From NCBI GenBank assembly GCA_973895155.1, contig OZ316893.1, positions 620,860-684,859 on the forward strand: a DNA stretch of 64,000 nucleotides, read 5' to 3'. The notes beneath the pieces were generated by a model. That model saw only the letters and a list, made by a program, of their open reading frames with translations. It did not search any database and was not told the origin of the DNA. Below, in pieces: positions 26,936 through 40,945 of the stretch. The stretch's first letter is position 1. Every line of letters begins with the position of its first letter. Source of the stretch: Marsupella aquatica. Taxonomy: Eukaryota > Plantae > Marchantiophyta. Made by a program: the position numbers and the translations under genes.

Positions 26936-27884
26936 CCAGATTGAAAGTTATGGTCGTAAGTTACTCTAAACTAAAATTTTCTTCCTGTTCCAATGCGTGT
27001 GTGATGTCTGATGCTTCATAAGACAGATAAGGCAAACGGAATTGTTCCCTCTGACGCAAATTTACTCCAGATCAAAGTCAAGCGAATAATACTTTTAAGC
27101 ACATATAGTGAGGAAAATCTGAATGATTCGGAAGTCAGATGTGCGAAGGGATATATACGAAGGGAGCTGCCCGCTTTAGGTTAGTGGATTTTCGTACCCG
27201 TGCATCAATTTCCCAAGAATATCGAGAGTGGCAGCATTAGTTGCGTGGTTTTTTCTAACCAGTGGTCATAATTTGAAGGCGCTATAAGAACTGAATCTTT
27301 TGGTAAGTGATAATTTGTTCAGTTACAGTCTAAAATTTAATTCAAGTAAACGATGTGATTCGAGGTTCTCTATTTCTATCATTTACAATTTAATTGATAT
27401 TCAGGTTTGCTCCCAGAGCATTCTACCGTGTCAGATACCCTTTGCACATGCTTTCTGAATATGTGGAATTGGTAGCCTCTTTACATTTCTGATTGAAATG
27501 TGACCTGTAATTGGGCTTGTGATTGGTTGCATTTAGTTTCCATTAATATATGGGGTGTAGCTAGTTTCCATTAATATATGTGATGGTAAGTCACAGCTCA
27601 TGTGCAAACTGCAGAGGGCATCCTTCACCAAAGTCAAATGGCATTTCCCAAAATGATAAGTCGCTGCTTGTGCTGGAACTACTCAGGGCAGAAATATCCT
27701 ATGACAATCTGTTTGTCATATTTGATTATTTTTGCCCTCATCTGTACAGGATCATTTGGAACTACCCAAGGCAGAAATCTCCGATCACAAACTGTTTGTC
27801 ATATTTGATCATTTTTGCCCTCATCCGTAAAGGATCAAATGATCGGATAACATTTGAAACATTGTCAGGTAATAGAGTGGACAT

Positions 27885-28060
27885 GAAATACCATGTTGGT
27901 GCTTAAATTGAAATCTAAAAGCAAATAAATACACAAGTCTGCTGAAATACCATGTTGGTGCTTAAATTGAAATTTAAAAGCAAATAAATACACAAGTCTG
28001 CTGAAATACCATGTTGGTGCTTAAATTGAAATTTAAAAGCAAATAAATACACAAGTCTGC
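27885..28060. repeat. Three tandem copies of a ~59-bp unit
   Basis: gaaataccatgttggtgcttaaattgaaat(c/t)taaaagcaaataaatacacaagtctg occurs three times. Confidence 0.9.
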
Positions 28061-29069
28061 CAAAACCAACATTTTACGAGTTGCCTGGAAACTTACTTGG
28101 GGAGTCATTCTCCAAGATAAACCATCATTCAAAACAGTTGGTAAGTTTGAATTTTGTGTAGCAACATGTGTCTGAGTCCATGGGATGGGCAAAGCAAACT
28201 CTTTGGTCCATACGGTGTTCGGATGATCGTGTTTTTTTGGTAAGAACGTGTTAGTTCTGACTTATAAAATTAATCTTGCATGCTATTAGGTTTACCCTAA
28301 AATCAAAATAATAATTCTATTGATAAGTGTAGCGGGTATTATAAAAGGTTCAGGTGAAGTTAGTATACTACTAAAATGTTCTTCACTTACCATGTTTGCG
28401 GACCAACATCTCTCAGCTATTAACTATTCTCGACATCCTAATATATCCAAGAGAAAAGGAAATAGGAAGATCTCTCGAGCTCCTATTTAGATCTATGATG
28501 TTAGTAGAGGACAAAAATATTGCACTCTCACTCTTCACAATATAACACCACTGGGTATATTATTGGTTCATTGGAATCCATGACGACTGTTGCAAATCGG
28601 GCTACAAAATGATAGATCCTTAGATAAATCAAGTGTTGTCTCATAGATAGTTTGTCTAAAAGATGAACTCTAATCAAAAATGAATTACGGAATGGAAGCT
28701 ATAGGATATCTATCTCTCCTAGATTCATGATGTATTTTCTATTTATTTGCTATCCAGGCCAAAAGCGCCCCAACTTATGTTCATAAAGAGAATTTATTCC
28801 GTAAAGTCCTATCAATAAGTCTATCATTCATTCTTTTGCTATCTAAACCGAAATACGCCCCACTATTATGGTCAAGGCAAAACAAGCTCCACAATCTTGA
28901 ATGATAACTATTAAATGAGGGGAGTGTGCCCCCTTCCCACTTTATTTATAGTGTTTATTAAGTGGACATGGATCAAACCCAAACACTTGGATAAAACCCA
29001 AGACAGTGACAAACATCTAAGGTACATACATGTGTTAATACTTTAGCCAAAAGATAGTGGACGTAGTAT

Positions 29070-29730
29070 ATACTCTCTATTGTAGCTAGTAAAATCATTG
29101 TAGTTCGTACACTATAGCTATTGTAGTCCGTACACTATAGTTAGTGGTAACCACTATAGCTCGTACACTATAGCTAGAGGAGTTACTGTTAGCAATTTAT
29201 ACACTATAGCTAGTGGAGCCACAGACTATAGATCGTACATTATAGCTAGTGGAATTATTTATTGTAGTTTGTACACTATAGCTAGTGAAGCTACTATAAT
29301 CCAAATGTTGGTGCTAGTGGAGCCAATGTAGTTTCTACACTGTAGCTAGTAGAGCGACTGTAGTGCGTATACTATAGCTAGTAGAGCAACTGTAGTGTGT
29401 ACACTATAGCTAGTGGAGCGACTATAGTGCATACATTGTAGCTAGTAAAGCTAGTGTAGTCCATATACGTACTGTAGCTAGTGGAGCTACTATAGATCGT
29501 AAACTATAGCTAGTGGAGCCACTCTAGTGCGTACACTATAGCTAGTGGAGCTATTGTAGTCCGTACACCATAGCTAATGGAGCCACTATAGATTGTACAT
29601 TGTAGCTAGCCGAAGCTACTATATATCATAAAATAAAGCTAGTGGAGCCTGAGAATGGAGCTACTATAGTTCATACACTGTAACTAGTGGAGCTACTACT
29701 GACAATCCATACACTATAGCTAGTGAACTT
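29070..29730. repeat. Tandem minisatellite, ~33-bp unit gtacactatagctagtggagccactatagt
   Basis: About 19 degenerate copies rich in short palindromes (CTATAG, CTAG, AGCT). Confidence 0.9.
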
Positions 29731-29779
29731 AGCTGTTAAAATCTAAATTTTATAATCTAATTAATTGGTGGTGGTTCTC

Positions 29780-30950
29780 AATGGTGGACTTAGCCACCCA
29801 ATGTCCTCACCAATCCCAACACCCTCGACTAAGTGCTCTTGGTACCCGAACGCCTACACAAAATTCTTTGAGCAAGCAACTTGGTACCTATAGCACCTTC
29901 GGCGGCAACTCCCATAGGAAGCCGCATTTGCTCCCTAACACGACTGTCGCTCCACGGTCCTCATTGTTTGTGCACACAACCAAACACCTTGATAAGTAAC
30001 CACGTAGGACCTAGGATCTCCAAGACTAGTGTCTTGACTCAAGCTCAATAGACATTGGCATTAAGTAGGTGAGTGAATAGAATCTCCCGGGCCCGCATGT
30101 GCCATAAGCTGAAGCGAGAGCCGACACCCATTGTCTGTCTAGAACAACCCCTCTATGGGTGCCGCTCGTGCTTCCCCATTTCCTGTTTGTCATTGGCTGA
30201 CCACCCTTCCGCCCTGTCCCCCAGGGCATGCTCATGGCCCCAAAAAACTAGCTTGTCCCAAAACTTGTCCCAAGCTTGGCTTCAACATAGGGACCTCCAT
30301 AAGTGGAGTGCCTTAGCTCATTGTAATTGGGCCGACCTAGTGCTCATACCTAGGCCCTCAAAACCCGTCATCAGTTGGGGGTCCCAGATGGCCACACCTG
30401 GGCCGCACCGTATCTCATGCACCAAATGTCTGTTGCGCACAAAGTAAACTTCTTTAGCCTTGGGCCCAAGAGAAGTTCTCACTCAAGCCCTCAAAACTCA
30501 AAGTCCGTTTGGGGGTATGGACGGTTGACCCTAAGCCATGCCCTTCCCATGACCCAACCAGCTCCCAACTAGTCTAAGTCCTTAGTTTGAGTGATGGACC
30601 TAGCCACCCAGCGCCCTCACCAATCCCAACATCCCGCGCCTAAGTGCCCCTATGCCCAAATGCCTCCACAAAACTCCTTGAGCAAGCAACTTGATGCCCC
30701 TAGCACGGCTTGCGACCCCTCCTATACGAAGTTGCACTTGCTCCCGAACACAATCGTTACTCAACGGTCCTAACAATCTACACAAGCAACCAAATACCTC
30801 GGTAAGGAACCCAACATGATCTAGATTTCCCAAGTCTAGCATCTAACTCAAACCCAGTAGACATTTGGTAAGTAGGTCAGCGATAGGTCCTCCCGTTGCC
30901 ATAAGCCAAAACCAAAGCCGACACCCACGTACTGTTCGTTGTCGCGATCA
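29780..30950 (-). repeat. Two diverged tandem copies (~810-bp period) of a decayed element, with a third partial copy at ~35590-35950
   Basis: 29781 atggtggacttagccacccaatg is similar to 30591 gtgatggacctagccacccagcg. The minus strand gives EQMRLPMG/EQVQLRIGG, weakly reminiscent of a non-LTR RT C-terminal region. Confidence 0.55.
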
Positions 30951-31069
30951 CCGTGGCTCACGACTTCCGTTGAGCATTTTTCAGTCTCAAGGGGATTGTC
31001 AACTTGGGAGTAGCAGAGCAGGTTTTGGATGCGCTCTACTGGTGTTACAGATCGTCCATTGGTGAGCTT

Positions 31070-34000
31070 GAGGCCTACTGAGATAGTAGTGGCCACAGCT
31101 GGGGGCGAGTAGACAATCCATGGACCTATGGCAGGATTGGCAAGGCTGGACATATTGTTGAGCAAGAAGAGTTTGCTCAAACTATTGCTAAATAGCAATC
31201 ATCGGCTATTACTCCTACTCTACAAAAAAATATTAAGGATTTGGTGGAGAGTTGGGAGCCACAAATTGGTCCTAAGTTGCAGGGAAGGAGAGACGTCGTA
31301 TGCATCGATTCCTAAAGAGTTATTGGAATTGTTTTGCATTTAGCATAAAGAATTTGGGGACATTGAAGGGCCCTGGTGTTCAGATTGAATTGGCTAGTGA
31401 TGTGCTTATCTTTCGTAGACCATATCATTATAGTGACATGGAGAGAGCTTTGATTTGGAGTAGAACTCAGGATTCATTGGAGGCTGGTTTGGTGGAGATC
31501 TCATACGGGGAGTATGCATTTGCCACAGTGATGCCAGACAAGAAGGATGTGCATGGCAATTACACAGATAGGCGCATGTGTGGTGACTGTACCGACCTAT
31601 TAATCATTAGACAAAATCTGATTAATATGCCATGCCCACACCTAAGGAGATCTTTGATGTAGTGGGGCATGCAAAGATTTTTAGTTCATTGGATCTGAGG
31701 ACAGGGTACCATCAGCTTCCAATCAAACATTCTGATAGGTCCAAAATAGCATCTTGGGGAATTGATTTGCATGGCAAGGATCGTTTGTATCAGTGGTTGT
31801 TCTTACCATTTGGGTTGAAGAATACACCAGCTGAATTCCAGAGAGTCATGGATCAAATTCTTGCACGTTTGGATTTTGTCAGATGTTACATTGATGATAT
31901 TTTGGTCTATTCTTCCACTATGGAAGAACATCAACCAACACTTGCATATTGTGTTGGAGAGATTGAGAGAACATGGGTTGAAACTCCATCCTAGCAAGTG
32001 TAAGTTCTTCCAAGACCAGATTGAGTATTTGGGCCACACTATCTATCCAGGGGGATTGGGTGTGCACCAGACTAAGGTGGAGGCCATTACATAGATTCTT
32101 TGTCCTACTAATGTGAGTAGAGTTTGTGCGTTCTTGGGATTGGCGAGCTACTATAGGAGGTACGTTAAAGGATTTAGCCAGCTTGCTAAACCTTTAACCA
32201 TATCTTTAATCATACTCACTAAGTTGGATCAGGAGTGGATTTGGGGTTATAACCAAGAGCATGCCTTTCAGGAGTTGAAAGAAAGATTGGCATCATCCCC
32301 TATTTTAAGAGGACCTATTTCAGGGAGACCATTTCAGCTACACACTGATTGGAGTGGAGTAGGACTTGGAGCAGTGCTGACTCGGAAGGATGATGAGGGG
32401 AATGAGTTTATTGTGGCATATGCCAGTAGATCAAAAAATTCAGCAGAAGCTAAGTATAGCTCTTATGAGGGAGAGTTTTTGGCAGCAGTGTGGGTTGTTG
32501 TATACTTTTGTTGCTACTTGTTTGGTAACCCCTCCACCTTGATCGCTGATCATTAGCCTCTCAAGTGGTTAATGGAGTCTGACAAGCTTATAGGGAAGCT
32601 TGCACGATGGGCATTGTTGTTACAGGAGTATGATTTCCAGGTTGTGCATAGGCCTGGAAAAGTGAACTTGGACGTAGATGGATTGAACCGTAATCCATGT
32701 GCCAGTCAAGAGGATGAGATTGGAGCCAGATGGCATGATGAGTCAGATACGGAGATGGTGCTAGGATGCCTTCCTTTGTTGGGTTCTAGTATGTAGTGGA
32801 TCTGTGGACTCTCCCGGGTATGCAACTCCCCTTTTTATAAAACAAGTTTTTAATTCCTTATAATGACCTTATATTCTTAGACCATCTTAGATTTCATTTT
32901 AGTTTACTAAAGTCTTGTACGGTCTCTCAACTCAAGGAATCCAAAAATGTAACTTAAAAAAAAACCTAATATGTTTTGATGTATAAAAAGTTGACCAAAA
33001 CCAAATTATATGACTTTTTTTTAATATAGGGATCTACAGCCAAACTAGCTAGCTATTTAGGATTTTTATTAAAATTTAAAAGTTTTTTAATAAAAACTAC
33101 AACATGTATAGGAATATTTTTTAATTTCATATGGAAAAAGAAGAGAACCAAACCTTTTCTATGACTTGAAAATTTTTAAAAGTGGAAAACCCAGGTTTTT
33201 TCAAATTTTAATAGTTTTATAACCAACTTTTTAGTCCATATAAAAATGTAGACACCTACCTATTATACAAGAGTTGCGTACCTTGGTGGACTCTACTTCA
33301 TTGGATGAAGTAGATGATGACTCGTCTACCATTATGGATGTTGGTGAGGTTGTGGTTGGACAGCAGGATATTCACAACGATGAGTGTTGGAATACCTACG
33401 CACTAGTTCTATTGGTGGCAGTGTTGATGCCAAGGAGCATGACAGGGTTTTGCAAAGTGCCAAGAGGTTTTGATGGGAAGGAAACCATCTTTTGAGAGTA
33501 CTACGTGATGGTAAGGTATTGGTGGTACCAAAACCATCACAACGAGTACATTTGGTGCGACATGCACACAAGGAGTTGGGTCACTTTGGTGTGAAGCGCA
33601 CTTATAGCTTGTTGTAGACACAGTATGGTGGCGTGGTATGCACACTCATGTCCAGAAACTGATAGCTAAGTGTGTGGTATGTGATCGAGTGAGGGCATCA
33701 TTTAATGCTCCCACTCCCCAGTTGCATCCATTGCCGATCATGGGTTTGGGGTATAGATGGAGTTTGGACTTTGCTGGTCCATTGCCCCTCACCCAACGGC
33801 ATAATTGTTATGTTTTGGTTATGGTGGAATATTTTTCCAAGTGGATTGAGCTAGTGGCATTGCCAGATAAAGCTAGTGGAGGAGTTGCTACCACATTTTT
33901 GGATCGTGTACTTAGTCATTTTGGAGCACCAGCTAAGGTGTTGACTAATCAGGGAAGTGAGCTCCATGGAGAGTTTGAGAGTTTGTGTGAGCAAGCTCTG

Positions 34001-35335
34001 ATTGATCATTGTACTACTTCTCGTGATCATCCTGAGGCAAATGGATTGGCTAAAAGAGTAGTGCAAACTATGAAGAGAGGATTGCGCAAGTATGGCTTGC
34101 AAGTTGGTCATCTGGGAGATTGGGATCTCCAATTACCTTGGTTAGCTATGGGCTACCATTTCAGTCGATAAGCATCACTTGCATCCTTCTCACCTTATTT
34201 CTTGCTCTACAGTGGAGAGCCAGATTTACCAGCAGCTATTTGTCATGATACTGCATCAGTTGTGAACTTGGATAATCTTGATATTTGGGTCAAGGTTTGT
34301 TCAAAGAGGGCACAAATTTTTGAGAGAGTCATGTCCATGGCCTTTGACAACCTGCCATTGCCCAACATCATGATACTTTACAGTATGCCACAATTTGTGG
34401 AGGAGGTTATCGTGCGAGGATTCAACGATTTCATCTTAGTGATTAATATGTTTATTTGCAGCAGACAGCACCAACAACACTTGATGTGACTGCAGGTCAG
34501 ACCATTTTACGTGTGCGTGAAGTGCTACCTTCTGGTGTCCTAATGTTGGAGGGACGTGATGGTATGGTTTGGAAGGATCATGTGCGCAACTTTGCACCAT
34601 GTCATCTTTCAAACATTGATACAGTGGAGCCAAGCTTAGCACATGTTCATGTTGGCTTGTAGTGTATGTTAGGTGGATCTACTCAGGGAGCAGCTACTAT
34701 GTTGATTTGTGATAAGTGTTCTAGAGAATGGCACAATCATGTCGTATTTGACACCACCATTGCAGGTGATTCCTAGTGGATCATGGTTGTGTCCTTAGTG
34801 TTGGTGAAGCCGACTATTTATTAGTTGTGTTCTCTTGGAAGATATGGATTGCAGGTAGGTGATCGATGGGGTCACTTGCACCCGGCCTCCTGATCTTCAC
34901 ACCTGAAAAGGTGTATATCAACCTTGTAGAACTCATGGCTAGCTAGAGTTAGGGGACCTTACTCCTATCTAGGGGAGCAATTATGGGTTTTGGACATGTG
35001 TGGACATGAGTTCCACTTGTATTCTATTCTCTTGTGTTTGTGATGTGGTAGTGTGACTATGTCTGGATGTATGTGACAAACGATGTATGTTGTGTAGTGA
35101 TGTGTATGTGCACGATAGTTGTCACATCATTCTAGGTAGGGTTAGAGTGTATTGTACTATCTAGATCTGTATGTTTGCTATGTGTGCTATATGAGCCAAT
35201 AAGGCTCTATTAGGTTTGTGTGAGAGGGTAGTTCTCTCTTGTGAGGCATCAAAAGGTTATCTTTCGATGTTGAGCCTTGGAGAGGAGAGCTTGTGTGATG
35301 GCTATGGTGGCTAAGAGCTCGATCTCTATATAACG
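31070..35335 (+). mobile_element. Decayed Ty3/gypsy LTR retrotransposon (RT-RNaseH-integrase-PHD, 3' LTR)
   Basis: RT: FSSLDLRTGYHQ, PFGLKN, YIDDILVYS. RNase H: LHTDWS..GLGAVL, YASR, YSSYEGE. Integrase: H..GHFG..C..C, WSLDF, E.FSKW, HPEANGLAKR. A polypurine tract aggggagcaa precedes the LTR at about 34982. There are many stops and frameshifts. Confidence 0.93.
32813..33286. mobile_element. 474-bp hAT-like MITE inserted into the gypsy pol region
   Basis: Imperfect 16-bp TIRs CCCGGGTATGCAACTC and GAGTTGCGTACCTTGG. 8-bp TSD TGGACTCT at 32805-32812 and 33287-33294. The interior is AT-rich. Confidence 0.85.
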
Positions 35336-35580
35336 TGGATTCCTTGAGTGCAAGGTGCGTTAGCTCGACATATATATGTGTGTGATCGGATCGAACAGGA
35401 TTGAGTGCATGTTGGTGTCGATTGTGGTTTGATTCTATTCAAATTATTGTGGGTTTTGGACATGTGTGGACATGAATTCCACTTGTATTCTATTCTCTTG
35501 TGTTTGTGATGTGGTAGTGTGACTATGTCTGAATGTATGTGACAAGCGATGTATGTTGTGTAGCGATGTGTATGCACACA
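34982..35580 (+). repeat. LTR start duplicated as a direct repeat (34982-35110 and 35448-35577)
   Basis: tgggttttggacatgtgtggacatga.ttccacttgtattctattctcttgtgtttgtgatgtgg... occurs twice. Confidence 0.85.
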
Positions 35581-36769
35581 ACATTTGTGACTACCCTTGA
35601 AAGAAGTTGCACTTGCCCTTGTCAGCACGATTGTCGCTCAACAATCTCTACTGTCTACACAAGCAACCCATTAATCGATAAATAACCTCTTTTGATCTTG
35701 GAACCAAGCTTGCAACTCCCAAGACCATTATTTTGCATCAAGCTCAATAGTTGTTATTAAGTAGGCCAGCGGATAGTAAGAGCCTCTCAGGCCTTGCCAT
35801 AAATAGATGTTAAGGTCGACATCATTGTTAGTCCAAAACAACCTATCTACTAGATGCCGCTCAAGCTTCCTCACTTTCTACCCATCAATGGCTAACCGCC
35901 TTGCCTCCAGGAAATGCCATGGCCCAAAGTTTAGTTTGTCACAAGCTTATAGTAACACGTCAAGAAGATGATAAACAACTATAGTTGGGAATTCTTCACA
36001 CCACAGGTGGTTGCATGGCTTTCGGCTTACCCCAAGGTAGATTGGTAAAGTGGAGATCTAGATCTATGAGGACAACAAGGCATTCAGGTTGTTTCATGTG
36101 CCATCCACAAGGAACGGCTTCATACACACTACATCACAAAACTGAAATTTTGTTTGTTTTGTATCTATTGGACATAAGAGTGATTGCTACAAATGGCTAT
36201 GTCCAATTTATGTTTTATGCATGACACCATGCCATCTTAATATACTATAACAAATTCATCTATTTTATATCCGTATGATGTCTATGCAATGCTGAAAGTT
36301 TATTTAATTACATTATGAAACATATATACTTTTGATGTAGATTTGCTATTGACATTTTAATTTATTTGATATAAACCTTATGTTCCATCTATAATTGGTG
36401 TGTAAACTACACATATATAACTATCATAAATTTTTGACCAAATAAGCTTAAAAAACTTTTGAATTCAAAAACTTTGGAGGAAATATTTAACCAAAATAAG
36501 CAGTGAAAGATTTCCACAAAATTTTCATAGATATTAAAGTAAGGAGAAAGGGAAAACTTTATTTCAATAAACTTTGTTCCTCTAAACTACATAGTATTTC
36601 CCAGAGTAGTGCTTTGTCAGCCAGTTTTGTTTGACTGTTTCTAGAGATAACCTAATTCCATTAAAGTGTCAACATGTGAGATACCACAGCCAGTTGGAGA
36701 CATTCACCGGTGGTAACCTTTGAAAGACCTCACTGCCAGAACATATTTGCAACTAACTACCCTTTTGCT

Positions 36770-39123
36770 CAGTCTGAAGACAAAAAATTGTCAGCTGGTA
36801 CAGGCCGCTCCACAGAAACCTCAACATGAGCATATTCATCTATTCGAAGGCCAAGAGCAAAAGCTGTTGCACGGCTCTTTCCTATCACTTGCACAGAAAG
36901 AGGACTGGCCTTGAGTTGCTTCTTGACGCTAACTCCATCCTGTGAACCCAACAATTATGTGAGAAAAGCAAATCACACGTGAAGACTCAATTACCTCTCC
37001 TGTTAATGAATCCAGATCAAAAATTATCAACAACATACACCTGGCAGGCTGACTCAAAACACAAATAAACAGAAGCGATATATAAAGGCTACAAGATATA
37101 GTACCTGCATTGCATGGTCCACCATTAAAGTTTGAATCTGTTTTCAAAATATGTGTCAACTTGAGCAAAATTAGGGACACAATGAATCACTTTAGCAATG
37201 TTTGCTACCTCCACAACAATATAAGGCACTTTGGATCTTTTGTAAAGTGCTTTTCAGCTTGTAGAGGCTGTCGTGTCTTCATCAACCCATTGGAGCTTTG
37301 TGCAGTGCAATAACTTCCAATCTCCATCCCTTGGCAGCTTTTCCATCATTCTAACAAATGCTAGATGCTTCATGATCTTATTGCCACCCTCATCAATGAC
37401 TTCACAAGAAATCAGCAACCTCAGTTGACCATAAGATGTTACAGGATCAACGCCAGCTTCTTCCATCTGAAGAAAGACGAATCCAAACCATTCTTTACCA
37501 TGGAAATTTCTGCAAGCACGGGTGTACATTGGCCAATCTCCAAATCGAATGCCTTCCCCAGCAGGCACTGCTAAGCTTTTCCAAATTTGTATTATCTCAG
37601 GAACTACACAGTTCTCATCATTCAAGTGCATAACAAAGGCTTCTCTCAGGTGCAGTTGTATTTCTGGTTGACACTGAAATAGTTCACTCACTTCTACAGG
37701 CACAAAGTCATTGTTACTTGCATCAAGCCAACTCAATGTCAACCTTATATCCTTTCCAGATAGGGTGATCTGTCCTGTCAATACAGCCTGCACATATCAA
37801 ATCATAAAGCACATGCATAAGTGCCTACAAGACATCCTTTGTAAAGTGACATGTGTTGCTACACAGAAAGTACAAATTGAAAGTGTAGCAGAAGTGGGAG
37901 GGAGGTAAGGGGAATAGTACTCGGTCCAGTGCAGTAACATCTTCTGCATGCACTCTTAAGTCTTCTTGACAGCTCACTTCGTCTAGTAAAATTCTAGTCC
38001 TCTGGCTATGCCTTGCTATTTGCCCCATGAAATTCCTCTTGTTGCTATGTCTGTATGGAACCTTCATGAGGGCAATGTGAAGATGTTCGAATATACCTGT
38101 GTCATATTCTAAAGGCAACCCACATCGTTTGATACAATCTTTCAGGTGACTCATGGCATGGACTTTTACAATGTTGAAACTTGACTTCTACCAAGTTTTA
38201 GCGTGTTTTATCATCGATCCTACTGCTTTTTTCATTAACTGATCCATTTGATTCAAGGACCTCTCAGAATGTTGTTTACTCTGGAATGCTAGCAAATACC
38301 AATCTATGAAGTCCACAAAAACTCAATGAGCAAATTTGGAATGATGCCAAGCAAACAAAATACCACAACCTGCATAACAAATTTATGCTCGAATCCATGA
38401 AAGTTAGCATTGCTTTGAAAGTAACCACTTTGGTTACTCCCAGGCAATCTAAAGGAAGCATAACGACATTCCTTGTGTATTTTCTGGAGTCTTCTATCAA
38501 GTTCTTGCATAGGTTTTTTCACAAGGCTCTGGGAAGCAGCAGCCGATCTCACAATGCCCACTAGAGTCTTAAATACACCTAGTATGGACTGATGAAGACC
38601 GTCTAATTGTATGCATCGATAGGGATTTCCATACAGCAAATCACCTCCACAAAATCCCCATAGAGCACACTGCAAGACATCACAAGAAAAAAAATCACTC
38701 ACAGTTGACAAAGAGAAGAATAACTGAACTCATTCAAAACTCCCTTTGCACAATCAATGCTCATCTCAGTAAGAAGTGCTTACCTGTACTGGATAAATTG
38801 ACTGCTCCTTAGACATCTGTTTCTGATCTTGCACAGAAGACTGCCGCATCTCTTCTAAGATTGCTTCCATTCCCTTCTCATCCCTGTAAGAAAACCTTCT
38901 TGCAACATTGTTGAGGGATTCTTTTGGACAGAAACAACAACTGCATGGATAATTTGACTTGTTTGTATCAAATGTGCATGTGATTCTACTCCCCTCTGTC
39001 TGGTCACAGATATACAGACATAGTCTTGGAAAGACCCACTGGGATTGACCAAATGGGTCTTTCATGTGAACTCCTGTATGACTTGTAGCCTTCAATGGTG
39101 CCAAAACAATCTCCTCACATTTG
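36770..39123 (-). pseudogene. Plavaka-type (EnSpm-related) transposase, 3' part, multi-exon and disrupted
   Basis: Motifs IVLAPL..GVHMKDPFG...VFPRLCLYICDQTEG..CSCCFCPK, NPYRCIQLDGLHQSILGVFK, ELDRRL and FNIVKVHAMSHLKDCIKRCGLPLEYDTGIFEHLHIALMKVPYRHSNKRNF match the Plavaka transposase pattern. GT-AG introns are present. The 3' boundary is approximate. Confidence 0.82.
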
Positions 39124-39689
39124 GGGGTCGTGTACTTCATCAGTTATCAGTGAGTTTCATCAGTGACTGATATCAGTCCAACACCGGAACTCAGCAAATC
39201 AGCTGAGATGAATTCTTCTGGGGCACAACCCAATCGCAGTCCGCGCCATTGTCGGCGCCTCTTTGAGGTTGGATCGGGTACTTTACTTCGACCATTTCTT
39301 ATGTCGGCTGCCTCTCTGACATTAAAGGAGAATATAAAGTTTCAATCTTGGCGGCCTCTCTGAGATTTCCTCGAAGTTCAGTTGAATCTCAGCGAGCCCC
39401 GCCGAGATTCAACTGAAATTCGAGGAAAAAAAAAACTTCTCACACAGGGTCTTCGATATATCATGGGGTGTCGCTACTAAATCTCAAAAAGGATCCATAC
39501 AACACATCGTACAACAGAGTCCATACTCATCTCAAAGACCCTCGCCGACTTATCCAGGAGAACAACACGGGGTCCAGCGTAGAAAGTAACCTTTGGAGGA
39601 AATTTTTATTTTACTTCGTATACAACATGTTGCTCTGTTGTGAAATATTCACAAATTGAATTCACAAAGGCAATCCATCGATCCTCTAT

Positions 39690-40945
39690 CTACAAACTGA
39701 TCGTCTGGCAGATTAGGTCTACAATAATCTTTTGTCGTATAAGCAGTACATGTTTAGGGTCAACCGCCAATACAGAGCCTCTAGAAAGACGCTCCATGTA
39801 CATTATGACATATACTCCACAATTGTAACTATCGGGTTGGGCTGGAATATCGTCGCGGACGATGCGTTGCCATTGTAATGGCGATAAGTGGGGACAACTG
39901 CGCAAGCGGGACAGGTCATGGAGAAACCGACCGACATTCACCAAATCGTCGCATTCCGATGCTTCGCCTCCAATGGGATCGAGCAAATGTAGTTGCTGCA
40001 AAGTAAAATCGACCACAGCTAGTACCCAATGTTTTGGCCTGTGGATGGGGATTATAATGAGGTCGAATGAAAAGACGTCAATGCCCTTCACAAATGCCAA
40101 CGCTGCGTTGAAGCTGTACGCAGGATGCGTCAAGACATTGTAAAAATGTGTGGGCAAAAGCATGCATTTGGGTTTTGCAATGACCTCTGCTCTACGCTCC
40201 AATAGAGGAATGTAAGCATTGATGATGTCACAAGTGAGCCATTTTTTTGCCCTCAAGCATTTGAAATCTTTTCTCTTCAATTTTAAGTCGCCGAGGCTGA
40301 CTAGGACTTCATCTTGGTCCCTGTTGGAGTCCAATGCTTCTTTGACTATGGTCGCAAGTATGGCGGGTTGATGTCGTTGTGCAGGCACCCCCTGATTCGG
40401 TCGTTGGTGCACAGGCACCCCCTGATCGACTCCTTGCTGGGCAGTCACTACCTCGTCGACTGGTTGTTGTGGCTCAGTTTGCTTCTGAGCTGCAATGAAG
40501 GTAAATTCACCCAAAAATTACTCTTCGGAATTGGAGCTTGACAAACTTATGCTTGCATGGTGAGTTTGGAGACTATCACTATCACTTCCTACCGAGCTAC
40601 TCTCATCCGATTCAGTCTCTTCTGCCCTATCATCGACAAATTTGAGAGTCTTCCTTGTTCTCTCTTTCACAAAATGAGCAACTCTTTCTTCATGATACGT
40701 ATCAGCGTAGCACGGTAGGCTTGACTTCTCCGGAGAGAATAATGCCAAAGCTTCCTCCCAAGCGAGCTTCACAAGTCGTCTGTCCTGTGTGTCCCATTCC
40801 TCGGTTGCCGACTCGGTGGTCCTGTCGGGAACTGCTACTAAGTTATACTTAAATCGAATCATGTATTGCGCCGGAATAGACGGATCACAAGAACGAATTT
40901 GTGAGGCGATGTGGACACCCCAGATAATCCATTGAGTCGCCTTTT
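39690..40945 (-). pseudogene. Ulp1/SENP-like C48 cysteine protease
   Basis: WLTCDIINAY, THFY, IIPIHRPKHWVL, LLDP and QPDSYNCGVYV give an intact His/Asp/Gln/Cys set. ORFs 40518-40862 and 39690-40514 are in frame across one TAA. The 5' boundary is uncertain, and this may be the last exon of the upstream gene. Confidence 0.9.

Noticed and set aside
36581-36612. Candidate left TIR of the Plavaka element (aactacatagtatttcccag)
   Set aside because: The match to the reverse complement of the 60331-60341 end is weak and no TSD could be confirmed.
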